64,000 bases of DNA from Lachnospiraceae bacterium (GTDB lineage Bacteria; Bacillota; Clostridia; Lachnospirales; Lachnospiraceae), in assembly GCA_017540605.1 (NCBI GenBank), contig JAFYAS010000046.1, forward strand, positions 38,330 through 102,329, given 5' to 3'. Shown here piece by piece: positions 1 to 8,841 of this stretch. Positions within the stretch are counted from its first letter, which is position 1, and the number at the start of each line of letters is the position of its first letter. Under the pieces are notes generated by a model. It worked only from the letters and a program-made list of their open reading frames with translations. It had not been told where the DNA came from and searched no databases. The position numbers were made by a program, and so were the translations under genes.

Positions 1-297
1 GAACTCTCTTACATACTTCTTGGGAGTAGTTCCGGCCTTCTTGAAATGTCCCTGCTCAGCCTTACCGGCACCGTGGGGATTTCTTATTGCCTTCTTGCCA
101 GATACATCCTTGGTTGTAACTCTCTCCTTCTTCTCTCCGAATCCAACCTGAACTGCACTGTAACCGTCGTTCTCAACGGTCTTTACCTGTGTTACAACAC
201 ATGGACCTGCTTCTAAAACAGTAACAGGGGTCAATACACCATCTTCATTGAAGATCTGTGTCATTCCGATCTTTGTAGCTAAAATCGCTTTCTTCAT
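1..297 (-). CDS. rplC: 50S ribosomal protein L3, N-terminal part (gene runs off the left edge)
   Basis: Translation from the ATG at 297-295 reads [33 protein letters not shown]..., the canonical L3 N-terminus. GGAGG is at the complement of about 308-312. It lies directly downstream of rpsJ, as in S10 operons. Confidence 0.9.
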   Translation of the reverse strand, partial: MKKAILATKIGMTQIFNEDGVLTPVTVLEAGPCVVTQVKTVENDGYSAVQVGFGEKKERVTTKDVSGKKAIRNPHGAGKAEQGHFKKAGTTPKKYVREF

Positions 298-377
298 TTT
301 AAAATTTCCTCCTAATAAATTTACAGCGGATTGTCGCCAATCATACTAAATAATTAGTCGCCTTCTTTAATTAATAA

Positions 378-695
378 TTACTTTTTGATGTTCTTGATGT
401 CGATATACACACCAGCCGACATATCAAGATTTCTCAATGCTTTCATGGTCTCAGCTGAAGGGCTGATGATGTCGATCAGTCTCTTGTGGGTTCTCTGCTC
501 GAACTGCTCTCTCGAATCCTTGTACTTATGTACTGCTCTCAAGATGGTGATCTTCTCAATCTTGGTGGGCATGGGCACAGGACCTGAAACAAGAGCTCCT
601 GTCTTCTTAACGGTTTCGATGATGTTCTTTGCAGCCTGATCGATAAGCTTGTGATCATAAGCCTTCAGTGTAATTCTCATTACTTGACTTGCCAT
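378..695 (-). CDS. rpsJ: 30S ribosomal protein S10
   Basis: An internal ATG at 695, preceded by GGAGG (complement of 707-711), gives 105 aa: [34 protein letters not shown].... The 144-aa track ORF is an in-frame upstream extension. Confidence 0.93.
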   Translation of the reverse strand: MASQVMRITLKAYDHKLIDQAAKNIIETVKKTGALVSGPVPMPTKIEKITILRAVHKYKDSREQFEQRTHKRLIDIISPSAETMKALRNLDMSAGVYIDIKNIKK

Positions 696-973
696 AAAAA
701 AAGCCGCCTCCTTTTCGCACTTAATTTCAGTACGACAAGTGGTGACTGTACACTCTGCCGTGTGTGTCCTGCAACTCAATTCGACACAACATCGGACTTC
801 TCTGCTTTTCAACAGATACTGTATAGTACAGTGACTTGTCGCCAGTTTCCTAACTTGACATTCGCTCCACGGAAAAACCTATCTCAATGGATAGCAACCT
901 CACGCTTCTTCGCTATCAATGTCACAGCAAACGCTATTATACAATATCCGTTTTTGAAAAGCAAGAACTTTTT

Positions 974-1801
974 TTATTTTTTTTGATCGGCTTTTTTCAC
1001 CGTTACCTTAAAGCTTTTTTCAACCCCACCCATAGTACAGGTGATGGTTGCGGTTCCTTTTTTCTTTGCAGTAAGCTTTCCGTATCTGTTGATGGTCGCA
1101 ACCTTCTTATTGGAAGACTTCCATTTACCGCTGGCAGATAAAAGCTTTGAATTGAAATATGCATTGTCAGAGCTCACACGAAAGATATTGATCTTTTTTG
1201 TAGCACCCTCTTTCATGGTAAGCTTCTTTCCCACAGAAAGCTTATACTTAAGCTTATTTTTAACTTTTATGGAAAATCTTTGGGTTCTGTTCTCTTCATC
1301 AATAAACTCATCCGCATTGGATATCCCGAAATCCTGAACCCAATAATATACTCCGTTGTTTTTAAAGCATCCAATGCCACAAGACTGATAGCCTTTTTTC
1401 AAAATATTGGCTCTGTGTGGTTTCGACTTCTTCCAGGCCTTTACAACCTCCTTGGGAGTAAGCTGACCCGCTGCGATATTCTCCGCATACATAAGATCGC
1501 AGGAGGTAAAACAGCTTGATCCATCAGGCCTTGTGTGATCAAAGCTAACCGAAAGCTCAGCAGCTCTCTGTACAGCGGAATCAAGCAAAAACTCATTCAT
1601 GATAATGGCATCGCAGCCGTGATCCTCTCTGTACTTATTTATAAGCTCCAGAACCTTGTAGGCATATTGCATATTAACGGTACCCTCAACCTGCACATAG
1701 TACGCTTTCGCAGCCTCCTTGGCTGATACCGCAGGTGTTGTGATCACCGTAAATGCCAATACCATACTCATTATAAAAGATATGATTATTTTATCCTTCA
1801 A
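974..1801 (-). CDS. Secreted CAP/SCP (YkwD-like) domain protein with C-terminal Big_2 Ig-like domain
   Basis: The signal peptide is KDKIIISFIMSMVLAFTVITTPAVSA. The central region resembles CAP/PR-1 (HRANIL, YWVQDFG). The C-terminus (KKVATINRYGKLTAKKKGTATITC) is a typical Big_2 domain. The track start at 1816 is TTG. A TTG at 1801 is better spaced from the GGAGG, so the start is uncertain. Confidence 0.75.
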   Translation of the reverse strand: MKDKIIISFIMSMVLAFTVITTPAVSAKEAAKAYYVQVEGTVNMQYAYKVLELINKYREDHGCDAIIMNEFLLDSAVQRAAELSVSFDHTRPDGSSCFTSCDLMYAENIAAGQLTPKEVVKAWKKSKPHRANILKKGYQSCGIGCFKNNGVYYWVQDFGISNADEFIDEENRTQRFSIKVKNKLKYKLSVGKKLTMKEGATKKINIFRVSSDNAYFNSKLLSASGKWKSSNKKVATINRYGKLTAKKKGTATITCTMGGVEKSFKVTVKKADQKK

Positions 1802-1822
1802 TCTCGTAACCTCCAAAATGTG

Positions 1823-2998
1823 TCACTTCAATAGCTTTAATAAAGTAGGCTCCAATCTGAATTCGTCGCACAATCTCTCAACACTATCCAAAGCCGCCTG
1901 CTTTTTTGCATCACTTATATGTCCCTTCACCGCTCTGATCATGATATTCTTCGGCGAATGCTCTATATCAATGAATTCCAAAAGCTTGGTGTCGTAGCCC
2001 TGTGCTTCCAAAAGGCTTCCCCTGATGGAATCCGTCATTAAAGACGCTACACGCTCCTTGATTATACCATACTTTGTCAAGGCCTGAAAATCCTTTGTTT
2101 TGATCTGTTTATTAAGCTCGTGCTGGCAACAGGGAACGGAAAGAATGATATCCGCATCCCATCTGATAGCATTGTAAAGTGCATAGTCAGTGGCAGTATC
2201 GCAGGCGTGAAGCGTAACTACCATATCTATACGCTCTGTTGTCTTATATCCGTTGATATCCCCAAGCTCAAAGCTCATTCCGTCATATCCGTATTTTTTT
2301 GCCAAAGCATTACATTTTTCTATGACTGATTTTTTAAGATCAAGACCTATGATCTTAACTTTCCTTCCCTTTATAGCAGTCAAAAAATGGTAAAGCACAA
2401 AGGTCAGGTATGATTTGCCGCAACCAAAGTCAATGATATGAAGCTCGTCACGGTCATAGTCCTTTAGAACATCCCAGACCATTTCCACAAAGCGATTCAT
2501 CTGCTTGAACTTATCATACATGGGAGCGGCTACTTTTCCGTCCTTTGTATATATTCCAAGATCATAAAAAACAGGTACCGGCTCATCACCCTCTAAGAGA
2601 TAGTTTTTCTTTTTATTGTGAGAGGCTGACCCTTCGATTGCCTGAAGCTTCTTCCTATTATATAGAAGCTTTTCTTTTTTTGTGTACTTCGCATCTATCT
2701 CTACCGTTTCACATCTGGCATTCAGCTGCTTAAAACCCTTCATATATGTATTTATCACCTGAAAGAGCTCAGTTTCTTCTATATTAAGATGAAAGGCCTG
2801 GGTCTTTGTAAGCTTTTCGACTTGATATAGATTTCTCCCACCTATCTCCACAGGCCGGATATTGATCTTTTTCACCTGGGCATCATCAGATTCAATAACC
2901 TTTTCAACATGCCTTGGATTGCTGATCACAAGCTTTACAAGCCCGGCCTCTATTATCTCATTTATAATTTCTTCTATATCATACATGAATGTCACCAT
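1823..2998 (-). CDS. Class I SAM-dependent methyltransferase
   Basis: 391-aa ORF with SAM-binding motif I (IIDFGCGKSYLT) and an acidic loop (IIGLDL). The specific substrate cannot be assigned. Confidence 0.75.
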   Translation of the reverse strand: MVTFMYDIEEIINEIIEAGLVKLVISNPRHVEKVIESDDAQVKKINIRPVEIGGRNLYQVEKLTKTQAFHLNIEETELFQVINTYMKGFKQLNARCETVEIDAKYTKKEKLLYNRKKLQAIEGSASHNKKKNYLLEGDEPVPVFYDLGIYTKDGKVAAPMYDKFKQMNRFVEMVWDVLKDYDRDELHIIDFGCGKSYLTFVLYHFLTAIKGRKVKIIGLDLKKSVIEKCNALAKKYGYDGMSFELGDINGYKTTERIDMVVTLHACDTATDYALYNAIRWDADIILSVPCCQHELNKQIKTKDFQALTKYGIIKERVASLMTDSIRGSLLEAQGYDTKLLEFIDIEHSPKNIMIRAVKGHISDAKKQAALDSVERLCDEFRLEPTLLKLLK

Positions 2999-3012
2999 TT
3001 TCTCTATTTGTG

Positions 3013-3040
3013 TAACTGTTCAGAGCTGTAGTGTACAGTT
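3013..3040. repeat. Solo hairpin derivative of the TAACTGTTCA repeat family
   Basis: TAACTGTTCAGAGCTGTAGTGTACAGTT equals the left terminus of the 146-bp element joined to its last ~18 bp. It is self-complementary (AACTGT.CA / TG.ACAGTT). Confidence 0.7.
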
Positions 3041-3079
3041 GCATATTTTATTTTTATATCATCTGTGGTAAACTGATTA

Positions 3080-3225
3080 TAACTGTTCAGCAGCTTCGCT
3101 GCTTCCAGTTACGAGCATCTCGCTCATTTAGAGACTTTGCTTCGCAAAGTGGAGCGAGATGCCTTCCTGCGTCGCATCTTAACACGCTCTGAACAGCAAG
3201 TGTTCAGAGCTGTAGTGAACAGTTA
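3080..3225 (+). mobile_element. 146-bp MITE-like structured repeat, full-length copy A
   Basis: The 10-bp terminal inverted repeats are TAACTGTTCA (3080-3089) and TGAACAGTTA (3216-3225). It is flanked by a perfect direct repeat AAACTGATTA (3070-3079 and 3226-3235). It is 97 percent identical to 53031-53176. It has no coding capacity beyond a 16-codon ORF. Confidence 0.7.
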
Positions 3226-3272
3226 AAACTGATTATACATTATATACTTACCAAAAGAAAGAGGGAAAAAAT

Positions 3273-4154
3273 ATGTGGATAGCTGATAAATGGAGAGATT
3301 ATACTGTACTTGACTGCTCGGACGGAGAAAAGCTTGAGCTATGGGGTCGCTATAAGCTTTTGCGCCCTGATCCCCAGGTTATATGGAGCACGGAAAAGGG
3401 CAAGGAATGGAGAGGTATTGACGGTCATTATCACAGGAGCAACAAAGGTGGTGGCGAATGGGAAGCCTTTGATCTGCCTGAGCAATGGAGCATACACTAT
3501 ATGATCGGTGATGCTTCGCAAAGCTTTAATCTCGCTTTCAACCTAAAACCCATGAGCTTTAAGCATACAGGCCTTTTTCCCGAGCAGGCGACAAATTGGG
3601 AATGGTTCTATAAAAAGATAAGACATGCAGGCCGTCCCATCAAGGTACTTAATCTTTTCGCCTATACAGGTGGTGCTACCTTAGCTGCTCTTGCAGCCGG
3701 TGCAGAGGTCACTCATGTCGACGCCTCAAAGGGCATGGTTTCCTGGGCAAAGGAAAACGCAGTATCCTCAAGGCTATCCGACAGACCTGTCAGATGGCTC
3801 GTTGATGACTGCGTAAAATTCGTTGAAAGAGAAATAAGACGAGGCAACACCTACGATGCCATCATCATGGATCCCCCTTCCTATGGCAGGGGTCCCAAGG
3901 GCGAGATATGGAAAATAGAGGAAAGTGTATATCCCTTCATTAAGCTTTGCCTAAACATCCTATCAGATAAGCCCCTCTTCTTCCTGATAAATTCATATAC
4001 CACAGGACTTCAGCCCGCTGTCCTTAACTATATGATAGAAACCACCGTTGCCAAGAAATACGGCGGTCACACCGAAAGCGGCGAGATCGGACTTCCGGTA
4101 AAAAGAACCGGACTTGTCCTTCCCTGCGGCGCAAGCGGAAGATGGGAAGTGTAA
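3273..4154 (+). CDS. Class I SAM-dependent methyltransferase (RlmI/RlmK-type catalytic domain)
   Basis: 293 aa, with a GAGGGA RBS 7 nt upstream. Motifs are VLNLFAYTGGATLAA (SAM motif I) and IIMDPPSYGRGPKGEIW (the DPPxY/F motif of this rRNA methyltransferase family). Confidence 0.8.
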   Translation: MWIADKWRDYTVLDCSDGEKLELWGRYKLLRPDPQVIWSTEKGKEWRGIDGHYHRSNKGGGEWEAFDLPEQWSIHYMIGDASQSFNLAFNLKPMSFKHTGLFPEQATNWEWFYKKIRHAGRPIKVLNLFAYTGGATLAALAAGAEVTHVDASKGMVSWAKENAVSSRLSDRPVRWLVDDCVKFVEREIRRGNTYDAIIMDPPSYGRGPKGEIWKIEESVYPFIKLCLNILSDKPLFFLINSYTTGLQPAVLNYMIETTVAKKYGGHTESGEIGLPVKRTGLVLPCGASGRWEV

Positions 4155-4162
4155 AAATAAAA

Positions 4163-4192
4163 CCCCTTTGCGACATGTTTATTGCAAAGGGG
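4163..4192. terminator. Bidirectional intrinsic terminator between convergent genes
   Basis: The stem CCCCTTTGC (4163-4171) / GCAAAGGGG (4184-4192) is flanked by A-runs upstream and T-runs downstream. Confidence 0.75.
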
Positions 4193-4201
4193 CTTAATTT
4201 T

Positions 4202-6205
4202 TTATTCTCCCTTTCCCATATAAAGCTGATAGTACTTACCCTTTTGTGCTATAAGCTCGTCATGGGTTCCACGCTCTATGATGCGGCCATGCTCAAGTAC
4301 AACTATCAGATCGCTGTTCTTTACAGTTGACAGTCTGTGGGCTATAACAAATGTTGTTCTGCCCTTCATAAGCTTATCCATACCGCCCTGAACCAGTCTC
4401 TCGGTTCTGGTATCGATGGATGATGTAGCTTCGTCAAGGATCAGAGCAGGGGGATTGGCTATAGCAGCTCTTGCGATGGCAAGGAGCTGACGCTGGCCCT
4501 GACTTAGGTTTGCTCCGTCTCCTGTGAGGACTGTGTCGTAGCCGTCAGGAAGATGCTTTATAAAGCTATCCGCATTGGCAAGCTTTGCCGCAGCGATGAC
4601 CTCTTCATCGGAAGCCTGAAGGTTTCCGTATCTTATATTCTCTCTTACCGTAGCGGTAAAAAGATGTGTATCCTGAAGAACTATTCCAAGGGATCTTCTC
4701 AGATCTGCCTTCTTTATCTTATTTACATTGATACCGTCATAACGGATCTTTCCGTCCTGTATATCGTAGAAACGATTTATAAGATTGGTGATGGTTGTCT
4801 TTCCTGCACCGGTAGAACCTACAAAGGCTATCTTCTGACCGGGGGTTGCATGGAGCATGATCTCGTGAAGCACCATCTTGTCCTCGGTATATCCGAAGTC
4901 CACATCCTCTAAGACCACATCACCCTCTAAGGGCTTATATTCAACCGAGCCATCAGCCTGATGCTCGTGCTTCCAAGCCCATTTTCCCGTAAATCTCTTA
5001 TCGCTCTCTACAAGCTTTCCATCCTTCTCTTCGGCAACTACAAGCTTTACATAACCGTCATCCAACTCCACCTCTTCGTCAAGAAGCTTGAATATCCTGT
5101 CTGCGCCGGCCATGGCCATAACTATTGCATTTAGCTGCATAGACACCTGGCTGATGGGCATATTAAAGCTTTTGTTGAATTGCAAAAAGCTGGCAAGCTT
5201 ACCAAGAGTGAGTCCTGTCATGCCGGAAAGAGCAAGAAGTGCACCCACTATGGTACATACCACATAGCTCATATTTCCCAGCTGTGCATTTACAGGAGCC
5301 AGCATATTTGCAAATTTGTTGGCATTGTATGCGCTGTCAAAAAGCTCATCGTTAAGCTCGTTGAAATCTGCTATAGCACGATCCTCATGACAGAAGACCT
5401 TTACTACCTTCTGTCCCGACATCATCTCTTCAATATATCCGTTTACCGCGCCAAGATCACTTTGCTGCTTTACAAAATATTTACCCGACTGGCCGGCAAG
5501 CTTACCTGTAACCATAAGCATAAGAGCCACCATCACGAGAGTTGTTGCGGTCAAAGGTATCGAAAGCCTGATCATGCACACCAAAACCGTAACAATAGTT
5601 ATTCCACTGTTTAAGAACTGTGGCATACTCTGTGAGATCACCTGACGAAGTGTGTCTATATCATTGGTATAAATAGACATGATATCACCGTGAGCATGGG
5701 TATCAAAATACTTGATAGGAAGCTTTTCCATATGGCTGAAAAGATCCTTTCTAAGTACATGAAGAGTCCCCTGACTCACATATACCATGATCTTGTTGTA
5801 GGTAAATGCCGCAATGATACCAAGGGCATAAAAGCCTGCCACCCTGAATATTGCCGCCTTAAGTCCTGAAAAATCAGGATTCGCTGATTTCATCAGAGGA
5901 ACAATATACTCATCTATCAGCGATTGCATGAACATAGTTCCCTGGGCATTGCAGAGCACACTCACTACTATGCAGACAGCCACGATCACAAGATGAATAC
6001 CATAATACCTTCCTATATACCCCGCAAGTCTCTTTATAACCTTGCCCGGATCCTTGATTCCGGGAACGCCCTTTACAGGCTTTCCGCCACGGGGACCACC
6101 CTGCTTTATCTCAGCCTTACGATTGCCGTACCTTTCCTTTACAGAGGATATTCCCTCTCTGGCAGAGGGATCGATATTCTTTTTTGTTGCTGCTAACTCA
6201 GACAT
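4202..6205 (-). CDS. ABC exporter, fused permease/ATPase subunit (heterodimer partner 2)
   Basis: Six predicted TM helices are followed by Walker A (GSTGAGKTT), the signature LSQGQRQ and Walker B (ILDEATS). An ATG at 6205 lies 8 nt after GGAGG, whereas the track start at 6214 is GTG. Confidence 0.9.
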   Translation of the reverse strand: MSELAATKKNIDPSAREGISSVKERYGNRKAEIKQGGPRGGKPVKGVPGIKDPGKVIKRLAGYIGRYYGIHLVIVAVCIVVSVLCNAQGTMFMQSLIDEYIVPLMKSANPDFSGLKAAIFRVAGFYALGIIAAFTYNKIMVYVSQGTLHVLRKDLFSHMEKLPIKYFDTHAHGDIMSIYTNDIDTLRQVISQSMPQFLNSGITIVTVLVCMIRLSIPLTATTLVMVALMLMVTGKLAGQSGKYFVKQQSDLGAVNGYIEEMMSGQKVVKVFCHEDRAIADFNELNDELFDSAYNANKFANMLAPVNAQLGNMSYVVCTIVGALLALSGMTGLTLGKLASFLQFNKSFNMPISQVSMQLNAIVMAMAGADRIFKLLDEEVELDDGYVKLVVAEEKDGKLVESDKRFTGKWAWKHEHQADGSVEYKPLEGDVVLEDVDFGYTEDKMVLHEIMLHATPGQKIAFVGSTGAGKTTITNLINRFYDIQDGKIRYDGINVNKIKKADLRRSLGIVLQDTHLFTATVRENIRYGNLQASDEEVIAAAKLANADSFIKHLPDGYDTVLTGDGANLSQGQRQLLAIARAAIANPPALILDEATSSIDTRTERLVQGGMDKLMKGRTTFVIAHRLSTVKNSDLIVVLEHGRIIERGTHDELIAQKGKYYQLYMGKGE

Positions 6206-6217
6206 CACGATCACCTC

Positions 6218-7978
6218 CTAACCCACTTGATCAAAGTCACCGCTTCCGCTTGTCTGTGACTCGTAAATATCCTTGTATATCTCATTGGTTTCTAAAAGCT
6301 CGTCGTGAGTTCCAAAGCCATTGATCTCGCCATTTTCCATAACGATGATCCTGTCTGCATCCTTCACGGATGAAATTCTCTGAGCGATGATAAGCTTTGT
6401 TGTATTCGGTATCTCCTCACGAAATGCCTTTCTGATACGTGCATCGGTTGCCGTATCAACAGCAGAGGTGGAATCATCAAGTATCAATATCTTAGGCTTT
6501 TTAAGAAGAGCTCTGGCGATACATATCCTCTGCTTCTGACCGCCGGATACATTGGTTCCACCCTGCTCTATCCTAGTATCATAGCCATCGGGAAAGTTCT
6601 CGATGAAATCATCCGCACAGGCGAGCTTACATGCTCTAATACATTCCTCGCGACTTGCATTTTCATCACCCCAACGAAGATTGTCGAGGATACTTCCTGA
6701 GAACAATACGTTCTTTTGAAGAACTACAGCAACCTGATTTCTAAGCACCTCAAGATCGTACTTTCTCACATCAACTCCGCCTACGGATACGCTACCCTCG
6801 GACACCTCGTAGATTCGACTAATAAGATTTGCAAAGGAAGTCTTGGCACTACCGGTAGCTCCGATGATACCTATAGTCTCGCCGGACTTAATTGATAGAT
6901 TGATATCCTTAAGCACCCATTCTTCAGCTTGCTTATGATAGCCGAAGTTCACATGTGAAAATGTGATGCTGCCATTAGAAACCTCCATCACCGGATCCTC
7001 GGGATTCTTTATGGTACTCTCTTCATTAAGAACCTCTGAAATTCTCTTTGCAGCGGGAGCGCTAAGTGACACCATAACAAATGTAATGGAAAACATCATA
7101 AGACTTGTGAGCACATTTAAGCAATAGGTGAACAGGCTCATAAGATCACCTGTCTCAAGATCCCCCACAACTATCATCTGAGCACCTGTCCATGAAATAA
7201 GAAGCATACATGTATAGATAGTTGCCATCATGGTAGGCATATTGGTAACAACCAGATTCTCCGCCTTCACAAACATCTTGTAGAGATTCTTTGAAGCTGT
7301 CTCAAATCTGGATATCTCGTAATCCTCTCGAACGAATGCCTTTACTACACGAATAGCTGAGACATTTTCCTGAACACTCATATTGAGATCATCATACTTC
7401 GGAAAAACCTCCGAGAAATACTTTGAAGCTCTCGAAATGATAATACTTACAAAGATTCCCAAAAATACTACCGCCACCAGGAAGTACTTGGCTATATCCG
7501 CGCTCACATAAAATGCCATGATAAGAGCAACTATAAGGCTGATGCTTGCACGAACCGCCATACGAAGGATCATCTGAAAGGCGTTCTGCAGATTGGTCAC
7601 ATCAGTGGTCATACGTGTAACAAGACCTGAGGTCTGGAACTTATCAATATTGGCAAATGAGAAGGTCTGAATCTTCTCATACATACTCTTTCTTAAATTC
7701 CTGGCAAGACCCGCAGATGCCTTTGCTCCGAATCGTCCTCCCATCATACCCGCAAAAAGACCTATGGCAGCGCAAACAACCATAAGTCCACCCATGATAT
7801 ATATGTGAGGCATATTGCCCTTGTTGACACCATCATCTATGATGGTCGCCATAAGAAGCGGGATGATCATCTCCATCGCCACCTCAAGTATCATAAAAAA
7901 AGGAGTCAAAAGTGAATCCTTCCTAAAGCCTGTCAGCTGGCTCTCTATTGTACTTATTACATTGTTTCCCTTTTGCAT
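6218..7978 (-). CDS. ABC exporter, fused permease/ATPase subunit (heterodimer partner 1)
   Basis: A TM domain is followed by Walker A (GATGSAKTS), the signature VSGGQKQR and Walker B (ILDDSTS). Its stop is 12 nt from the start of the partner gene. Confidence 0.9.
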   Translation of the reverse strand: MQKGNNVISTIESQLTGFRKDSLLTPFFMILEVAMEMIIPLLMATIIDDGVNKGNMPHIYIMGGLMVVCAAIGLFAGMMGGRFGAKASAGLARNLRKSMYEKIQTFSFANIDKFQTSGLVTRMTTDVTNLQNAFQMILRMAVRASISLIVALIMAFYVSADIAKYFLVAVVFLGIFVSIIISRASKYFSEVFPKYDDLNMSVQENVSAIRVVKAFVREDYEISRFETASKNLYKMFVKAENLVVTNMPTMMATIYTCMLLISWTGAQMIVVGDLETGDLMSLFTYCLNVLTSLMMFSITFVMVSLSAPAAKRISEVLNEESTIKNPEDPVMEVSNGSITFSHVNFGYHKQAEEWVLKDINLSIKSGETIGIIGATGSAKTSFANLISRIYEVSEGSVSVGGVDVRKYDLEVLRNQVAVVLQKNVLFSGSILDNLRWGDENASREECIRACKLACADDFIENFPDGYDTRIEQGGTNVSGGQKQRICIARALLKKPKILILDDSTSAVDTATDARIRKAFREEIPNTTKLIIAQRISSVKDADRIIVMENGEINGFGTHDELLETNEIYKDIYESQTSGSGDFDQVG

Positions 7979-7984
7979 CAGATA

Positions 7985-8830
7985 TCAATCTCCTATCATT
8001 ACCGCCTGATAAACATCTCTTTTACTTATACCTCTATCCTTTGCCACAAGCTTCATAGCCTCTTTTTTATCTATTCCCTTTTGAAGATAGATGTCGAGAT
8101 GCTCCGGTATCGTAAGCCTATCCCATTCGCTTCTGGCTTCATCTATTAGTTCATCTACACCTTTTCCCTCAACCACTATCACACATTCACCCTTGGGAGC
8201 ATTCTCTTTGTAATAGGCTATCGCCTCGGAAAATGTTGACTGAAATATGGTCTCGTGCTTTTTGGTAAGCTCTCTGCAAACAGAGATCCTTCGCTCTCCC
8301 AATGCTCCATAAAGAAGCTCCAAGGTTTTTACAAGTCTGTGAGGAGCCTCATAGATACATATAGTCCTGGTATCATTCTTAAGCTCATCAAGAATAAAAG
8401 TCCGTTCTTTTTTGTCATGTGGTAAAAAGGCTTCGAAGGAAAGTCTTCTTGTGGGAAGTCCGGAGATAACAAGTGCATCGGTAAATGCCGTGGCTCCCGG
8501 CACACCGGTCACATTTATTCCTGCTTCATGAGCCTGCTTTACAAGCTCTTCTCCGGGATCGGATATACCCGGCATACCGGCATCGGTTATCACGGCCACA
8601 TTCTTACCGGAAAGAAGCATTTCCACCAGGGTCTTCGCCTTGTCATATTTGTTGAATTCATGATAACTGGTCATGGGAGTTGTGATCTCAAAATGATTTA
8701 AAAGCTTGATACTGTTACGAGTATCCTCAGCTGCGATCATATCAACCTCTTTAAGCACCCTCACGGCTCTGAAGGTCATATCCTCGAGATTGCCTATGGG
8801 TGTTCCCACCAGATAAAGTGTTCCCGACAT
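7985..8830 (-). CDS. rsmI: 16S rRNA (cytidine1402-2'-O)-methyltransferase
   Basis: MSGTLYLVGTPIGNLEDMTFRAVRVLKEVDMIAAEDTR is the hallmark RsmI N-terminus. An ATG at 8830 lies 7 nt after GGAG, and the track start at 8836 is TTG. Confidence 0.9.
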   Translation of the reverse strand: MSGTLYLVGTPIGNLEDMTFRAVRVLKEVDMIAAEDTRNSIKLLNHFEITTPMTSYHEFNKYDKAKTLVEMLLSGKNVAVITDAGMPGISDPGEELVKQAHEAGINVTGVPGATAFTDALVISGLPTRRLSFEAFLPHDKKERTFILDELKNDTRTICIYEAPHRLVKTLELLYGALGERRISVCRELTKKHETIFQSTFSEAIAYYKENAPKGECVIVVEGKGVDELIDEARSEWDRLTIPEHLDIYLQKGIDKKEAMKLVAKDRGISKRDVYQAVMIGD

Positions 8831-8841
8831 GAACAAACTCC

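Noticed and set aside
696-812. Upstream extension of rpsJ (144-aa ORF)
   Set aside because: S10 is universally about 102-105 aa. The ATG at 695 has a GGAGG RBS. The extension is Cys-rich leader sequence.
3122-3172. 16-codon mini-ORF (MSEMLVTGSSEAAEQL) on the minus strand of the repeat as a real micropeptide
   Set aside because: No RBS is present. Differences between copies (V/I, G/E, A/F) are not biased toward synonymous changes. The sequence constraint is better explained by the hairpins.
3080-3225. Possibility that the dispersed repeats form a CRISPR array or are attC sites
   Set aside because: The copies are tens of kb apart and of unequal length, with no regular spacers and no cas or integrase genes. 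The termini do not match the attC R'/R'' consensus (GTTRRRY).
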